A stretch of 63,078 nt of DNA, the filler included. It is 8 parts of 8 records of this genome, joined end to end, with 100 filler letters (N's around TTAATTAATTAA, not from the genome) between each part and the next. Parts side by side here need not be neighbours in the genome. Positions count along the whole stretch, not along the records: positions 26,175 to 31,727 come from SRR31156797_28544; positions 31,828 to 40,261 come from SRR31156797_28552; 6 more parts are not named here. One strand, 5' to 3'. Numbering within the stretch: position 1 is the first letter of the stretch; each line of letters opens with the position of its first letter. Below the pieces are notes generated by a model. That model was not told where the DNA came from and searched no databases. It saw only the letters and a program-made list of their open reading frames with translations. Position numbers and translations under genes: made by a program. Below are positions 30,001 through 40,361 of this stretch, in pieces.

Positions 30001-30753
30001 CTACTCAAACTTTGTTATCATGTAATTAGTAAAACTCTCTGTAAAAACTTCCATTCCTAGAATTAGAAATATAAATATCAATGCAAATTTTAGCTGAAAG
30101 GTAATTACAAAAGGAGAAAACGCTGGCATAGATTTTGTACCATAGCCATAATAAATATCTAAAATAAAACCAATAAAAAATAGTGGTAATGCAAAAGCAA
30201 ATGCAAATGCAAACATTCTTTGAACTTCATCTATAGCAATTTGTATTCCATCATATGAAAAGATATTAAACATTCCTAAATGAACCATTGAAAAACTCTT
30301 TACAAGCATAATAATAGTTATTTCATACATTCCTGTTTGAAAAAAAAGCATTAATGCTACTAAATACAATAGTCTATTTACAAGCCCTGTATTACTTCCA
30401 CTTGCAGCATCAAACATACTTGCCATAGATAATGCTGTTGCATATTCAACAAACTCTCCAATAACCCTTACTGCTGCAAAAATTACATGTAAAAAGAATG
30501 AAGCTACTAAACCTAATGTTATTTCAGAAATTAAAGATAAAATAAAAGTGTCTTGAGAAAAATCACCCTTTACATCAATTAAAGGATATAAAAAAATTGT
30601 TAAGTAAAAAGCTACTCCAACTCTTACTGTAGGGTTTACAGAGTTATGGTCAAAAACGGGAGGCATAAAAGCAACAAAGGCTAAAATTCTTGCAAAAAGA
30701 AGTAAAGAACTGAAAAGGAGTTCTTCATTTAATAAGGATAAAAGTTGTTCCAT
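30001..30753 (-). CDS. fliR: Flagellar biosynthetic protein FliR
   Basis: Multi-TM 250-aa protein with FARILAF..PPVF, EITLG and KSMPAF; directly upstream of flhB. Confidence 0.88.
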   Translation of the reverse strand: MEQLLSLLNEELLFSSLLLFARILAFVAFMPPVFDHNSVNPTVRVGVAFYLTIFLYPLIDVKGDFSQDTFILSLISEITLGLVASFFLHVIFAAVRVIGEFVEYATALSMASMFDAASGSNTGLVNRLLYLVALMLFFQTGMYEITIIMLVKSFSMVHLGMFNIFSYDGIQIAIDEVQRMFAFAFAFALPLFFIGFILDIYYGYGTKSMPAFSPFVITFQLKFALIFIFLILGMEVFTESFTNYMITKFE

Positions 30754-31727
30754 TTACAAATAATTTAAATCATCAGCAACATTTTTATTATCATTCACTG
30801 CTTCTAAAATATCTGTAGAGGAATGTTGTTGTTGACTTGCTTGTTCCTGATTTCCTTCATTATTTCCTGATGAAGAGTTATTCTGACTTTCACCTTGCAT
30901 ACCAAACTCAAAATTTACATCTGTTTGATTGTTAAAGTTTCTATTTATAGCTTCTCTTAATGAACCTTGATTTTCAACAACTGCATCAAGTGTTGCTGAG
31001 TTAGACATATTCATTGAAATACTCATTCCACTATCTCTATCAGTTTTCATTAAAATTGCAATTTGTCCTAGTTGAGCAGGGAAAAGATTAATTCTAAATG
31101 CAGTAATAGGAGGCTTATAGTTTTCATACATATTTCTTGCTATATCTGACATCATTGATGACATTTGTTGTTGTGCACCAATAATTCTATTTTGAATAGT
31201 TAATGCTGCATTTGGTGAAACAGTTAAGTTAACTGTAGTTTCTTGAGTATTAGATGAAGAAAGATTTAATTTTGATGTTGTTTCATTTGATATAGAACTA
31301 CTTTTCATATTATTTTGATCCATAACCATTCTATCTATACTGTCTCTTTGTATTTTTGTATCTACTTGCTTATTAAACTCTTCCTTCTTTTGTGAAACTG
31401 CTTCTTTAGTAACAGATAAATCTTTTGCATTTAAATCTAGCTTATCTGCTCCTTTCTTTATATCATCAGTAGTTTTAGCCTCTTTTACAATCTTAACTGC
31501 TTCACTTTTAGTAGATAGCATTTGATTATAAATTGAGTTTTTTCGTGAACCCAAATATATATTAGTTAATAAATCACCATTTTTTGAAGATGAATTTACA
31601 TTTGTTTCTAAGGCTTCACTTGATACAGTCTTAGTTTTGTTAGTATTTATTAGTTGATCCATTAAAGATTTAGTTTTAGTATCTTTTGAATTTTCTGTAT
31701 TCTCTTGCTTTAGAGTCTCTTTTTTTA
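30754..31727 (-). CDS. fliK: Flagellar hook-length control protein FliK, 5'-truncated
   Basis: Low-complexity N-part open to the contig edge; C-terminal RINLFPAQLGQIAI motif and Q/N-rich tail. Confidence 0.8.
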
Positions 31728-31827
31728 NNNNNNNNNNNNNNNNNNNNNNNNNNNNNNNNNNNNNNNNNNNNTTAATTAATTAANNNNNNNNNNNNNNNNN
31801 NNNNNNNNNNNNNNNNNNNNNNNNNNN
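31728..31827. other. Artificial contig spacer
   Basis: N44-TTAATTAATTAA-N44. Confidence 0.99.
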
Positions 31828-32342
31828 ATGATGGAGTGACCTATCTCTCCGGCGGTCCCGACCTTGCCGCGCAGCATCTTGCCGTTTATGATGATGCCGC
31901 CTCCGATTCCCGTGCTGACGGTAACGAAAACGAGATTCTCGTAACCCCGACCGGCTCCGAACTTATACTCCCCGTAGGCCTGGGCGTTGGCATCGTTGTC
32001 AAGAATAATCTTCATTCCGCCCGGCAGATGGTTCGCCAGCTTATCTACAAAGGGATAGTCGTAAACATTATGAGCGAAGTTGCTGACCGTTACGATGACC
32101 CCTTTGCGGAAGTGTATGTGCCCTGCCAGAGCCACGCCGACACCCAGTATGTCATCGGCCCCAAGGGATTGCCTTTCCATAAGCGCTTTGACGAGATCCG
32201 CAATGATCCGGACGATTTCATCCCATTCCTTATCACTGTGATCGTGAACCGTTTCCTTGTCCACAAGGGTTCCGTCGATTTCAAACAGGGCGGCCGACAG
32301 TTTCGTACCGCCCAGGTCTACGCCGCAGAGGTATTTTTTCAT
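31828..32342 (-). CDS. ROK-family sugar kinase, 3'-truncated
   Basis: GVDLGGTK, DNDANAQAYGE, STGIGGGII, AGEIGH. Confidence 0.92.
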
Positions 32343-32413
32343 ATATTCATTACTCCTTTAACCAATCAAGGCTCACCCGGAGCCTTGACGATTTTCCGGG
32401 CCAGGCCTGATGC

Positions 32414-33286
32414 CTAACCCTTAACAGAACCGGACATCAGTCCGCGGACGAAGTAGCGCCCGGAAACCAGATAGATGATCAGCGTGGGCAGGGCGGCCAT
32501 CAGGGCGCCGGCGAAGTGGACATTGTACTCCTTCACCCCCGTTGACGAGCTGACGAGGTTGTTCAACGCTACGGTCATGGGCTGGCTGGTGGCGTCTCCG
32601 AAGGACACGCCGAAGAGGAAGTCGTTCCAGATATTGGTCGTCTGCCAGATAACCGACACCACGATGATGGGCGTGGAATTGGGCAGGATGATGTCCCGGA
32701 AGATCTTGAAGAAGTGGGCCCCGTCCACCTGGGCGGACTGCACCAGCTCGGTGGGAAAGCTGTCATAGGTGTTCTTGAAGAACAGGGTGGTGAATCCCAG
32801 ACCGTAGACCGTATGCACCAGAACCAGTCCCGAGGTGGTTCCCGCCAGCCTCATGGTTCCCAGAACCCGGGCCGTGGGGATCAGAACGATCTGAAAGGGA
32901 ATGAAACATCCGAACAGGATCAGGCCGAAGAGGATCTTATCCCCCTTGAACTGCCATTTGGAAAGGACGAATCCGCTCAGGGACCCCATCAGGGTGGACA
33001 TCAGAACGGCGGGTATCACCATCCGGATGGAGTTGATGAAGTAGGGCCTCAGTCCCGTGGCCTGCACCCCGATCTGCGCCTCGGACCAGGCCTTGTGCCA
33101 GGGACCGGTTCCGAACTCCACAGGCAGGGCCAGCATATTCCCGCCCCGGATCTCGGACAGGGGCTTGAATGAGTTGACCACCATCACATAGAGGGGAACC
33201 AGGAAGAAGATGGCGAAGAGAACCATAATCACATAGTTGAATATTTCAGCGGTCCGTTTGATCCGCATGGTATCTTTGATCGTCAT
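32414..33286 (-). CDS. Carbohydrate ABC transporter permease (MalG/GtsC-like)
   Basis: EAA loop ELVQSAQVDGA, IWNDFLFG, YFVRGLMSGSVKG. Confidence 0.93.
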   Translation of the reverse strand: MTIKDTMRIKRTAEIFNYVIMVLFAIFFLVPLYVMVVNSFKPLSEIRGGNMLALPVEFGTGPWHKAWSEAQIGVQATGLRPYFINSIRMVIPAVLMSTLMGSLSGFVLSKWQFKGDKILFGLILFGCFIPFQIVLIPTARVLGTMRLAGTTSGLVLVHTVYGLGFTTLFFKNTYDSFPTELVQSAQVDGAHFFKIFRDIILPNSTPIIVVSVIWQTTNIWNDFLFGVSFGDATSQPMTVALNNLVSSSTGVKEYNVHFAGALMAALPTLIIYLVSGRYFVRGLMSGSVKG

Positions 33287-33287
33287 A

Positions 33288-34172
33288 TCAGCTGTCCTTT
33301 ACTATGTTTTTGATATAGGGGGTGATGACGATGGCGAAGAGCAGCAGCATGAATACCGCCGAACTGGCGCCGACTCCCATCTGATTCCTGGTGAAGGTAT
33401 AGGAATACATGAATGTGGAGGGCATCTCGGTCGCCCGTCCCGGGCCTCCGTTGGTCAGGGCGATAACCAGGTCGTAACTCTTGATGGCCATATGGCCCAG
33501 GATAACGAATACCGAGGTAAAGGAAGGCCCCAGCTGGGGGATGATGACCTTGGTATAGAGCTTCCAGATCCCGCAGCCGTCCACGACGGCCGACTCGATG
33601 GTGGCGTGGTTCACGGCCCGCAGTCCCGCAAGGAACATGGTCATCACATAGCCGGTGACCTGCCAGATCGCCGCGATGACGATGGTATAGATCGCCTTGT
33701 CCGAGGTCTTGATCCAATTGAAGGAGAAGTCCGCGAAGCCCCAGCTGTGCATGATCTGCTCCAGGCCGATGCCGGGGTCAAGGAACCACTTCCAGGCCGT
33801 ACCGGTTACGATGAAGGAGATGGCCATGGGGTAGAGATAAATGGGCCTGAAAAAACGCTCGCCCAGCTTGCTCCAGTCGATCATAATCGCCAGGAACAGT
33901 CCCAGGATAGTAGCGACGGATATATAGAGAACGCTGAAGATCGCAAAATTCTTCAGCGCTGTGTGCCAATGGGAAAGTTGGAACATCTTTACATAGTTTT
34001 GAAATCCCACCCAGCCGTAGGAAGGCATGAGGCGCGAATCGGTAAATGAGATGTAAACAGTGAATAGAATAAAGGCATAGACGAAGACAAAGGTGAGAAT
34101 CACCGTGGGAAGAAGCACAAAGCGCGCGGTCAGATCGTCCCTTGAAATATGCCATCTGTTTTGTATTGCCAT
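33288..34172 (-). CDS. Carbohydrate ABC transporter permease (MalF/GtsB-like)
   Basis: FRPIYLYPMAISFIVTG, IESAVVDG, TNGGPG. Confidence 0.93.
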   Translation of the reverse strand: MAIQNRWHISRDDLTARFVLLPTVILTFVFVYAFILFTVYISFTDSRLMPSYGWVGFQNYVKMFQLSHWHTALKNFAIFSVLYISVATILGLFLAIMIDWSKLGERFFRPIYLYPMAISFIVTGTAWKWFLDPGIGLEQIMHSWGFADFSFNWIKTSDKAIYTIVIAAIWQVTGYVMTMFLAGLRAVNHATIESAVVDGCGIWKLYTKVIIPQLGPSFTSVFVILGHMAIKSYDLVIALTNGGPGRATEMPSTFMYSYTFTRNQMGVGASSAVFMLLLFAIVITPYIKNIVKDS

Positions 34173-34198
34173 AGCTTAGATCCTTTTAATAGTTAAGG

Positions 34199-34228
34199 TC
34201 TGCCGGCGTTTGAAAAAACGCCGGCAGA
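34199..34228 (-). terminator. Stable intercistronic hairpin after the binding-protein gene
   Basis: TCTGCCGGCGTTT-GAAA-AAACGCCGGCAGA, 13-bp perfect stem; typical of mRNA-stabilising or partially terminating hairpins in ABC operons. Confidence 0.65.
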
Positions 34229-34265
34229 GAATCAAAAGCGGTCCAGCCGCATTTTAGTTATTGAC

Positions 34266-35546
34266 TTATTTGGCACCGGCAACGGCATCAGCCAGTTCCT
34301 GAGCAGCTTCCTCAGCGCCGTATACGCCGTTGAAGTGAGAGGTTACGACGTCGTACATTGCCTGCTTGACACCGGCGGGTACGGAGTGTCCGTGAGCCAT
34401 GGAGCCGAAGAGGGTACCGTTCTTGGCGGCGTCGGCCAGGTCCTTCATACCCTTCTTACCGGCGGCGTCGAATTCGGCGTCGGAGATGTCGGTTCTGGCG
34501 GGGACGGATCCCTTGACCAGGTTGAAGGCGACCTGGAAGCTGGGGGCCATGATGGCCTTGGCCAGCTCTTTCTGAGCCTTCTGGTACTCGGGAGCCACGT
34601 CAAACATAACGAACTGGTCGGAGTTGAAGGTAACGGTTCCCTCGGTTCCGGGGGTTCTGGAGAAGTAGAAGTCCTGTCCGGGCTCGAGGCCGGCGTTCTT
34701 GAACTCGCCCTTGGCCCAGTCGCCCATCATCTGGAATCCGGCCTTTCCTTCGATAACCATGGCGGAAGCCAGGTTCCAGTCCCTGCCGCTGAAGTTGTCG
34801 TCTACGAAGCTTCTCAGCTGAGCCATCTTGTTGAAGGCGTCTACCATGGTGGCGGATCTCAGAGCGGCGTCGTCCAGATCGACCATGGTCTTCTTGTAGA
34901 ACTCGGGTCCGCCTGCGGCGATCACGCAGCTGTCGAACATGGTGGCGTCCTGCCAGGCCTGTCCGCCGTGAGCCAGAGCGGTATATCCGGCGGCCTTGAT
35001 CTTTTCCATGGCCATGATGAACTCGTCCCAGGTTCCGGGCATATCGATGTTCAGTTCGTCCAGGATGTCCTTGCTGGCCCATACCCAGTTGGTAGAGTGT
35101 ACGTTCACAGGGGACGCGACCCACTGTCCGTTATATTTGGAGAAAAACTTGAGGGCTTCGGGTACGACGGCGTCCCAGTTCTCGGCCTTGGCGACCTCGT
35201 TCAGGTCGGCCAGGAATCCCAGCTCGGCCCAGTCGATGATGTCGAATCCCAGCATCTGAACGGCCACAGGAGGATTCCCCGCGGTAGCTCTGGAGCGAAG
35301 AACGGTCATGGCCTGGTCTCCGCCGCCTCCGGCTACGGGAGAGTCGGTCCAGCCGATGCCCTTGGTTTCCAGATCCTCTTTCAGCACGTTGAGAGCCGCC
35401 GCTTCGCCACCGGAGGTCCACCAGTGCAGAACCTCAACCTCGTTAACGTCGGCCACTTCGGCAGAAGCGGCTTCCTGCTGTCCTCCTGCAAACACAGCAC
35501 CTGCTGCCATAAACAGAACCAGCATCATACTAACAAGCTTTTTCAT
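34266..35546 (-). CDS. Sugar ABC transporter substrate-binding protein (GtsA-like)
   Basis: Spirochaete-style VFAGGQQE signal; [44 protein letters not shown] before ATG 35546. Confidence 0.93.
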   Translation of the reverse strand: MKKLVSMMLVLFMAAGAVFAGGQQEAASAEVADVNEVEVLHWWTSGGEAAALNVLKEDLETKGIGWTDSPVAGGGGDQAMTVLRSRATAGNPPVAVQMLGFDIIDWAELGFLADLNEVAKAENWDAVVPEALKFFSKYNGQWVASPVNVHSTNWVWASKDILDELNIDMPGTWDEFIMAMEKIKAAGYTALAHGGQAWQDATMFDSCVIAAGGPEFYKKTMVDLDDAALRSATMVDAFNKMAQLRSFVDDNFSGRDWNLASAMVIEGKAGFQMMGDWAKGEFKNAGLEPGQDFYFSRTPGTEGTVTFNSDQFVMFDVAPEYQKAQKELAKAIMAPSFQVAFNLVKGSVPARTDISDAEFDAAGKKGMKDLADAAKNGTLFGSMAHGHSVPAGVKQAMYDVVTSHFNGVYGAEEAAQELADAVAGAK

Positions 35547-35624
35547 TAAAACTCCTCCTTGATTTCCGCATACTCCTGCGGTTTTCAAATTGAATAATTT
35601 AATTATGATTATAACACTGCGATT

Positions 35625-35667
35625 TTCATATGTAAAGTTTTTAATTTTCATTTGAAGTTCATATTCA
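35625..35667. promoter_or_regulatory. Repeated TTCATnnGAA-like operator boxes upstream of the ABC operon
   Basis: TTCATATGTA 35625, TTCATTTGAA 35647, TTCATATTCA 35658. Confidence 0.5.
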
Positions 35668-35811
35668 GCATTTAATAGATACTTCTACATTCAGAAGAGC
35701 ATTAAACTATTTTTGAATAACAGAAAAAGGAGAATTATGACGGGAATCGGCTCCTTTCGCATTCTATTCGAAAGAAAACGAAAAGAGCCAGTCCCCGTTT
35801 ATCTGTATCTT

Positions 35812-36954
35812 TTAATTACCGTCGCCCGGAGGAACCGCGAGTTTTCTGACGTCCCGATCCTTTTGCTCTCTGGCGCTGAGATAGGCCGCATCCAGCACAT
35901 ACTGAGCCGCCGCGCCGTCCAGCAGGGAGGGAGAGAAAGGGATTCCATCCACGACCGACCGGAGGAAGCGGAACTGGTTTTCCGTATGGTATCGCGCCCA
36001 TCCCAGTGTAGAGCGCGGATTGGGGATCCGCGCCCCGGGATAGAACTGCATGGTTTCCAGCCGGCTCCAGCCCCTCTCCTTCTCAGCCTGATCGAACCAG
36101 TAAAGGAATCCCGGATCCATCAGATTGAAGCGGAAGGCTCCCCGGCTCCCGAAGACCGTCAGGTTCAGCTCGTCCAGGGTTCCGGTGGCGAAACGGGAAA
36201 CCTCGATGGTCCCCCGGCTTCCCGATGCCAGTTCGCAGCTCAGCCAGGCCGCATCGTCGACGCTCACCTTTTCAAGGCCCCCTCCCCCGGGCAGGGGACG
36301 CTCGCCTACATAGGTTTTCATGTCGGCGCGAACAGACCTGTACTCACCCAGAAGATAGCGCAGCAGATCGATCACATGGACTCCCAGATCCACGAGAGCC
36401 CCGCCTCCGGAGCGCTCAAAGTCCATCCTCCAGCTGAAGGGCCTTTCGGGATTCTGATAGCCCGTGTGATAGTACTCTCCCCGGAAGGAGTAGACCTCGC
36501 CGAGCCTCCCCTCTTGGATCAGCTCCTTCGCCTTGATAATGGCGGGAACAAAGCGGTAGTTGAAGATCATACCGTGAACCAGAGAGCTTTTGTTCAGGGC
36601 CATCTCCAGTTCGGCGGCCTCTTCTCCGTTGACGGCCAGAGGTTTCTCGCAGAGTATGTGCTTGCCCGCGGCCAGGGCCTTCAGGATCTGATCCTTATGA
36701 ATCATGTTGGGCCCCACCAGGTCTACGATGTCGATCTCGGGGTCCTCCAGGATTTCGTCAAAATCCCTGTATGCCTTCTCCAGCCCCATCTCCCGTACCG
36801 TTTCCTCGGCCCCTTCCGGAGAGCTGCGGCACAGCCCCTTTATCCGGATCTCCGGGAGCGCTCCCGGATAGATCTGGGCTATATCCCTGTATCCCATCAG
36901 ATGAATCCGCCCGATGCTCCCGAAGCCGGCCAGGGCGATCCCTATCTTTTCCAT
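35812..36954 (-). CDS. Gfo/Idh/MocA-family oxidoreductase
   Basis: GFGSIG, GKHILCEKPLA, FNYRFVPAI, GGGALVDLGVHVID. Confidence 0.93.
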   Translation of the reverse strand: MEKIGIALAGFGSIGRIHLMGYRDIAQIYPGALPEIRIKGLCRSSPEGAEETVREMGLEKAYRDFDEILEDPEIDIVDLVGPNMIHKDQILKALAAGKHILCEKPLAVNGEEAAELEMALNKSSLVHGMIFNYRFVPAIIKAKELIQEGRLGEVYSFRGEYYHTGYQNPERPFSWRMDFERSGGGALVDLGVHVIDLLRYLLGEYRSVRADMKTYVGERPLPGGGGLEKVSVDDAAWLSCELASGSRGTIEVSRFATGTLDELNLTVFGSRGAFRFNLMDPGFLYWFDQAEKERGWSRLETMQFYPGARIPNPRSTLGWARYHTENQFRFLRSVVDGIPFSPSLLDGAAAQYVLDAAYLSAREQKDRDVRKLAVPPGDGN

Positions 36955-36967
36955 TGATCCGTCTCCT

Positions 36968-37750
36968 TTATTCAAGGTCTTCCGACAATCCGTCCAGTAC
37001 CGCCCTCAGCCTGTGGACGGCCCGGGTGATATCCCCTTCCCCCGGGACATAGCGTTTTCCCGGTCCCCTTCCGTCGGGCCCCTTGAGCAGAGCGGACGAG
37101 TACTCCCCTACGGTCATGCCGGCCCTGACGAACCGGGCCGAATTGTCCGGGCCGATTCCACCGTCTTCCATAAGGTCCACGACCTTCTCCCTGCCGGCGG
37201 CCCGTATCATGGCTTTGAGGGTCTTTATGTTCTCCACCATGATGGGATCGATCAGATGGGGCGTCTTTCCCTCTTCGTTGACCCAGAATCTCGCCCGGCT
37301 CTCATATTCAATGATATCCACAAAGGGAATGTATTGCTCAAAAAAATTCAGAGGCAGCCCCTGCCATCCCCAGACACCGACCTTCAGCCCCAGGGCGTCT
37401 TTTATATAGCTGATATCCTGCATCGTGTTTTCCATTGCCGTTTCCAGAGGGATGGTGATCAGGTCGGCCCCCTCCTCCTTCAGCTGCCTGTAAAGATCGA
37501 AACCGGGACGCACCATCTGCAGCTGCACCTCGATTTCAAGCTTCGTATAAGGCCGAATTCCCGTAAGGATATCCAGTCCGCCCCGGGGAGCGTGAAAGTT
37601 CATATAATTCCCGTCCCGCATCTCCAGGTGTATCCAATCGACGCCCGCCGATTCCAGCTCTTTGACAGTAGCCCCAAGATATCCGTAATCAGCCCAGAAC
37701 AGCCCTGCGGCGATCTTGGCCCGGCCTCCGGCAGATCCGATCTTCTTCAT
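36968..37750 (-). CDS. Divergent ribulose-phosphate 3-epimerase-family protein
   Basis: IAAGLFWADY, GVDWIHLEMRDG, GADLIT, EDGGI, AGMTV; several metal-ligand positions differ from Rpe. Confidence 0.75.
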   Translation of the reverse strand: MKKIGSAGGRAKIAAGLFWADYGYLGATVKELESAGVDWIHLEMRDGNYMNFHAPRGGLDILTGIRPYTKLEIEVQLQMVRPGFDLYRQLKEEGADLITIPLETAMENTMQDISYIKDALGLKVGVWGWQGLPLNFFEQYIPFVDIIEYESRARFWVNEEGKTPHLIDPIMVENIKTLKAMIRAAGREKVVDLMEDGGIGPDNSARFVRAGMTVGEYSSALLKGPDGRGPGKRYVPGEGDITRAVHRLRAVLDGLSEDLE

Positions 37751-37768
37751 AAAGACCTCCTTAAAACC

Positions 37769-37982
37769 TTCATTCGAAACCTTTTAAACTTTCATATAAC
37801 AATATAATTCATCCACCAGAAAGTTTCAAGTCAATCTGAGATCCCTATAAAGCCGCGATTCCCAGATCTGTGCTCCTCTCATTGAACCGGATGACTATTC
37901 AGTTAAGATACGGAATTAGTTGACAGAATAGGAGGACTCCCTACATAATATTTCATACGACAGCTTTCTTTATTCATATGAA
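37769..37982. promoter_or_regulatory. Divergent promoter region with two pairs of TTCATnnGAA-like boxes
   Basis: Boxes at 37769/37791 and 37952/37973. TTGACA (37920) N18 CATAAT (37944) promoter facing the 38006 gene. Confidence 0.55.
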
Positions 37983-38005
37983 AGCTTCATTCAAGGAGAT
38001 TTTTA

Positions 38006-38482
38006 GTGATTCCTGATAAAGATACACTGAAACAGCTGCTTGCGGAGGAAGAGGAGCTGTATCTCGAAGCTTTTGATGAACAAACGGCCTGGGAGATTGG
38101 TGCCCTGGGCAGGGAGATCGCGCTCAAAGAGAGTCTTCCCGTAGCCGTCAGGATAGTAAGGGGCGAACAGATCCTCTTTCAAACCGGACTGCCCGGCAGC
38201 GGGCCTGACAACGATCTCTGGCTCGGCGGCAAGGCCAGGATCGTTTCCCATTTCCTGTGCAGTTCCTTCTATATGGCCGAGAAACTGAGGGCGGTGAATA
38301 GCGACATCCGGAGCAAGTACCATCTGGAGCCAGCGGTCTACCGCTGCAAGGGAGGAGCCGTTCCCCTGAGAGTCAGGAACGGCGGAATCGCAGGGATTCT
38401 GATCGTATCGGGCCTGAAGGACAGCGAGGATCACAGACTGGCTGTCAGAATCATAAAAGAATACCTTGGGAAACCTTCCTAA
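38006..38482 (+). CDS. UPF0303 / GlcG-HbpS-like (heme-degrading domain) protein
   Basis: FDEQTAWEIG, DNDLWLGGK, SSFYM, GGAVPL, VSGLKDSEDH. Confidence 0.8.
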   Translation: MIPDKDTLKQLLAEEEELYLEAFDEQTAWEIGALGREIALKESLPVAVRIVRGEQILFQTGLPGSGPDNDLWLGGKARIVSHFLCSSFYMAEKLRAVNSDIRSKYHLEPAVYRCKGGAVPLRVRNGGIAGILIVSGLKDSEDHRLAVRIIKEYLGKPS

Positions 38483-38559
38483 GAGCTCCCATTCGCTGTA
38501 GTATGGGGTGGATCATAAAATAACGGGGAGCCTGCGGGCTGCCGCATTGGAAAAGAAGG

Positions 38560-39312
38560 ATGAACGAACGACATAAACAGATCCTGAGTATCATGTCAGA
38601 CGGAAGAAAGGTCACCGTCAACGACCTGGCCGAGCAGCTGGGAGTGTCCCAGGCAACCATCCGTCAGGATCTGACCCAGCTTGAGAACAACGGATTTCTC
38701 CGCCGCGTGCACGGGGGGGCTGTTCTGGATGAGACGGACGATATTTCCCATCGCATGGGGATCAACTACGAGAAGAAGCTGCAGATAGCCAGGAAGGCCG
38801 CCGAATTCGTTAATGAAGGGGAAACCATCTATATAGAATCCGGCTCTATCAACGCCCTGTTCGCCAGGGAGGCCGCCCGCATCCCCAATACCACCATCAT
38901 TACCTCCAACGCCTTTATCGCCAGACAGATCGGCAAGGAGGCGGCGGGCAATGTGATACTTCTGGGAGGCATCTATCAGCCCGAAAGCGAATGCCTTGTG
39001 GGCAATATGGTCAAGCTCTGCCTGGGCGCCCTCAACTTCTCCAAGGCCTTTATCGGCATCGACGGCTTCTCACCCGAAACGGGATTCACCGGAAGGGATA
39101 TGATGCGGGCCGAGATCAATGCGGAGATCATAAGCCGCAGCCCCCAGACCTTCATCCTTACCGACAGCAGCAAATTCGGACGCATAGCCCTCTCCCGCTA
39201 CTGCGGTCCCGAAGACATAGAGTACCTGATCACCGATCACCGCCCCAGCGAAGAGTGCGCCGCCATGATCGAGGAGGCGGGCGTCCAGCTTCTGGTCACG
39301 ACAGAGGACTGA
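38560..39312 (+). CDS. DeoR/GlpR-family transcriptional regulator
   Basis: LGVSQATIRQDLTQLE, RRVHGGA, DSSKFG. Confidence 0.95.
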   Translation: MNERHKQILSIMSDGRKVTVNDLAEQLGVSQATIRQDLTQLENNGFLRRVHGGAVLDETDDISHRMGINYEKKLQIARKAAEFVNEGETIYIESGSINALFAREAARIPNTTIITSNAFIARQIGKEAAGNVILLGGIYQPESECLVGNMVKLCLGALNFSKAFIGIDGFSPETGFTGRDMMRAEINAEIISRSPQTFILTDSSKFGRIALSRYCGPEDIEYLITDHRPSEECAAMIEEAGVQLLVTTED

Positions 39313-39406
39313 GCAGGCCTTCAGAATGAGCAGCTGCTCTAAAAAATCATCTTCCCCATTGTCTGATAATACAAAATGTTTTATTATCATACATTAGGAG
39401 TGACAG

Positions 39407-40111
39407 ATGGCTAAAATTCGTCAAAAAACCGTAGTTGAACAGGTAATGGAGCAGATCAAGGAACTGATCGCCTCGGGAAAATACCAACCGGGGGACAAGA
39501 TTCCTACGGAGCATGAGCTGGCGGAACGCTTCGGCATCGGTCGCTCCTCCATCCGGGAGGCCATCAAGATCTTCAACTACCTGGGGGTCCTTAAATCCAA
39601 GGCCGCCAAAGGAACCTTCCTCTCGGACAGGGCCAATATATCCGCCGAGGCCCTTTCCTGGTCCATCCTGCTGGGCAAGGACGAGCAGGGAGAGCTGATC
39701 GAGACCAGAGGGGCCATCGAGCTGTGGAGCATCATCCACCTGACCTCCCTGGGGCACAAGGACAAGGAACGCCTGGACAGCGTCGTCGATGAGCTTCAGG
39801 GCATCGTAGACAGTATGAAGAGCAGCCTGGAAGCGGGGGAGCCTGAGAAACTCGTCGAGGCGGACTACAACTTTCACAACGTCATCGTCAAAAGCACGGG
39901 CAACGGTCTCTTCTACTCTATCTACAAGACTCTCAAGTCCTTTATGTATGAGGAGATCGAGCAGTCTCAGAGCGATTACAGCGATCTGAATCAGATCGTC
40001 CGGGAGCACCAGAGCATTGTGGACACCATACGTTCGGGAGAGGTCGACCGCTCGGTGACCACCTTCAGCTCCCATATCGAAAACATCGAAAACCGCCTGA
40101 ATATCCGCTGA
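39407..40111 (+). CDS. FadR/GntR-family transcriptional regulator
   Basis: PGDKIPTEHELAERFGIGRSSIREA; FCD domain ADYNFH...GN...EHQSI. Confidence 0.93.
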   Translation: MAKIRQKTVVEQVMEQIKELIASGKYQPGDKIPTEHELAERFGIGRSSIREAIKIFNYLGVLKSKAAKGTFLSDRANISAEALSWSILLGKDEQGELIETRGAIELWSIIHLTSLGHKDKERLDSVVDELQGIVDSMKSSLEAGEPEKLVEADYNFHNVIVKSTGNGLFYSIYKTLKSFMYEEIEQSQSDYSDLNQIVREHQSIVDTIRSGEVDRSVTTFSSHIENIENRLNIR

Positions 40112-40147
40112 TGACAGGGTGATGCGATCGGGGCGGAGGAGCCAGGC

Positions 40148-40261
40148 TCACCCCCCCGGTGCCAGCTTTTTGCGCATAAAGGAACAGCCGCTGTAGTCGA
40201 GTCCCCTCTTCATCCGCGGGAAACGGTATTTCTTCACAACCCGATAGCCCATCCTCTCATA
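40148..40261 (-). CDS. Probable GNAT acetyltransferase, C-terminal fragment
   Basis: Manual translation YERMGYRVVK...SFMRKKLAPGG* matches the GNAT C-terminal YExxGY...MxKxL pattern. Confidence 0.6.
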   Translation of the reverse strand, partial: YERMGYRVVKKYRFPRMKRGLDYSGCSFMRKKLAPGG

Positions 40262-40361
40262 NNNNNNNNNNNNNNNNNNNNNNNNNNNNNNNNNNNNNNN
40301 NNNNNTTAATTAATTAANNNNNNNNNNNNNNNNNNNNNNNNNNNNNNNNNNNNNNNNNNNN
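40262..40361. other. Artificial contig spacer
   Basis: N44-TTAATTAATTAA-N44. Confidence 0.99.

Noticed and set aside
34335-36957. 404-aa and 414-aa plus-strand ORFs
   Set aside because: Antisense shadows of the substrate-binding protein and Gfo/Idh/MocA genes, with no recognisable motifs.
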